The notes under the pieces are model-generated. The model was not told where the DNA came from, ran no database searches, and saw only the letters and a program-made list of their open reading frames with translations. Below are positions 63,911 to 64,000 of a stretch of DNA of 64,000 nt, piece by piece. Location: positions 52,888,001 through 52,952,000 of the forward strand of contig NC_086108.1 in NCBI RefSeq assembly GCF_963921235.1, in the 5' to 3' direction. The stretch comes from Mobula hypostoma (taxonomy: Eukaryota). Each line of letters starts with the position of its first letter. The first letter of the stretch is position 1. The position numbers and the translations under genes were made by a program.

Positions 63911-64000
63911 AAGATCTTATGTTCTTATGACATATGTGAGTGATGATAAACTTGATTCTGATGTGGGTCTCTATTTTGGACTGAAAGTGGGAAGGGAGTA

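Overview
AT-rich vertebrate nuclear DNA, either intronic or intergenic. The repeat content (V-SINE/HE1-like SINEs, CR1/HER1-like LINEs, Rex1/Babar LINEs, abundant Neptune-type Penelope-like elements) suggests a cartilaginous fish, probably a ray; this is inference from recognised motifs, not a database result. No intact host protein-coding gene is recognisable, and nearly all supplied ORFs are transposon remnants, antisense frames or low-complexity sequence. The window holds decayed CR1, Rex1/Babar, RTE and Crack/L2-like LINEs, at least two SINE families, three probable solo LTRs, a Tigger/pogo relic with nested insertions, a small hAT-type MITE and about a dozen Penelope-like (PLE) fragments. 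The most striking signal is that the PLE termini carry minimal type-I hammerhead ribozyme motifs (CUGANGA-A-stem II-GAAAC-GUC). Two copies are fully intact, in opposite orientation, inside a 544-bp fold-back insertion with a 14-bp target-site duplication (29558-30101), and a second unrelated PLE family carries its own hammerhead (41937-42348). Many short PLE copies begin or invert at the ribozyme. PLE hammerheads are a known phenomenon; their activity here is untested. There is also a CpG-rich, promoter-like segment with a minus-strand splice donor (about 47514-47660) next to a 1-kb C-rich tract, several unassigned exon-like segments, and isolated CTCF, IRF and nuclear-receptor motifs. Repeat boundaries are approximate unless a TSD is quoted.
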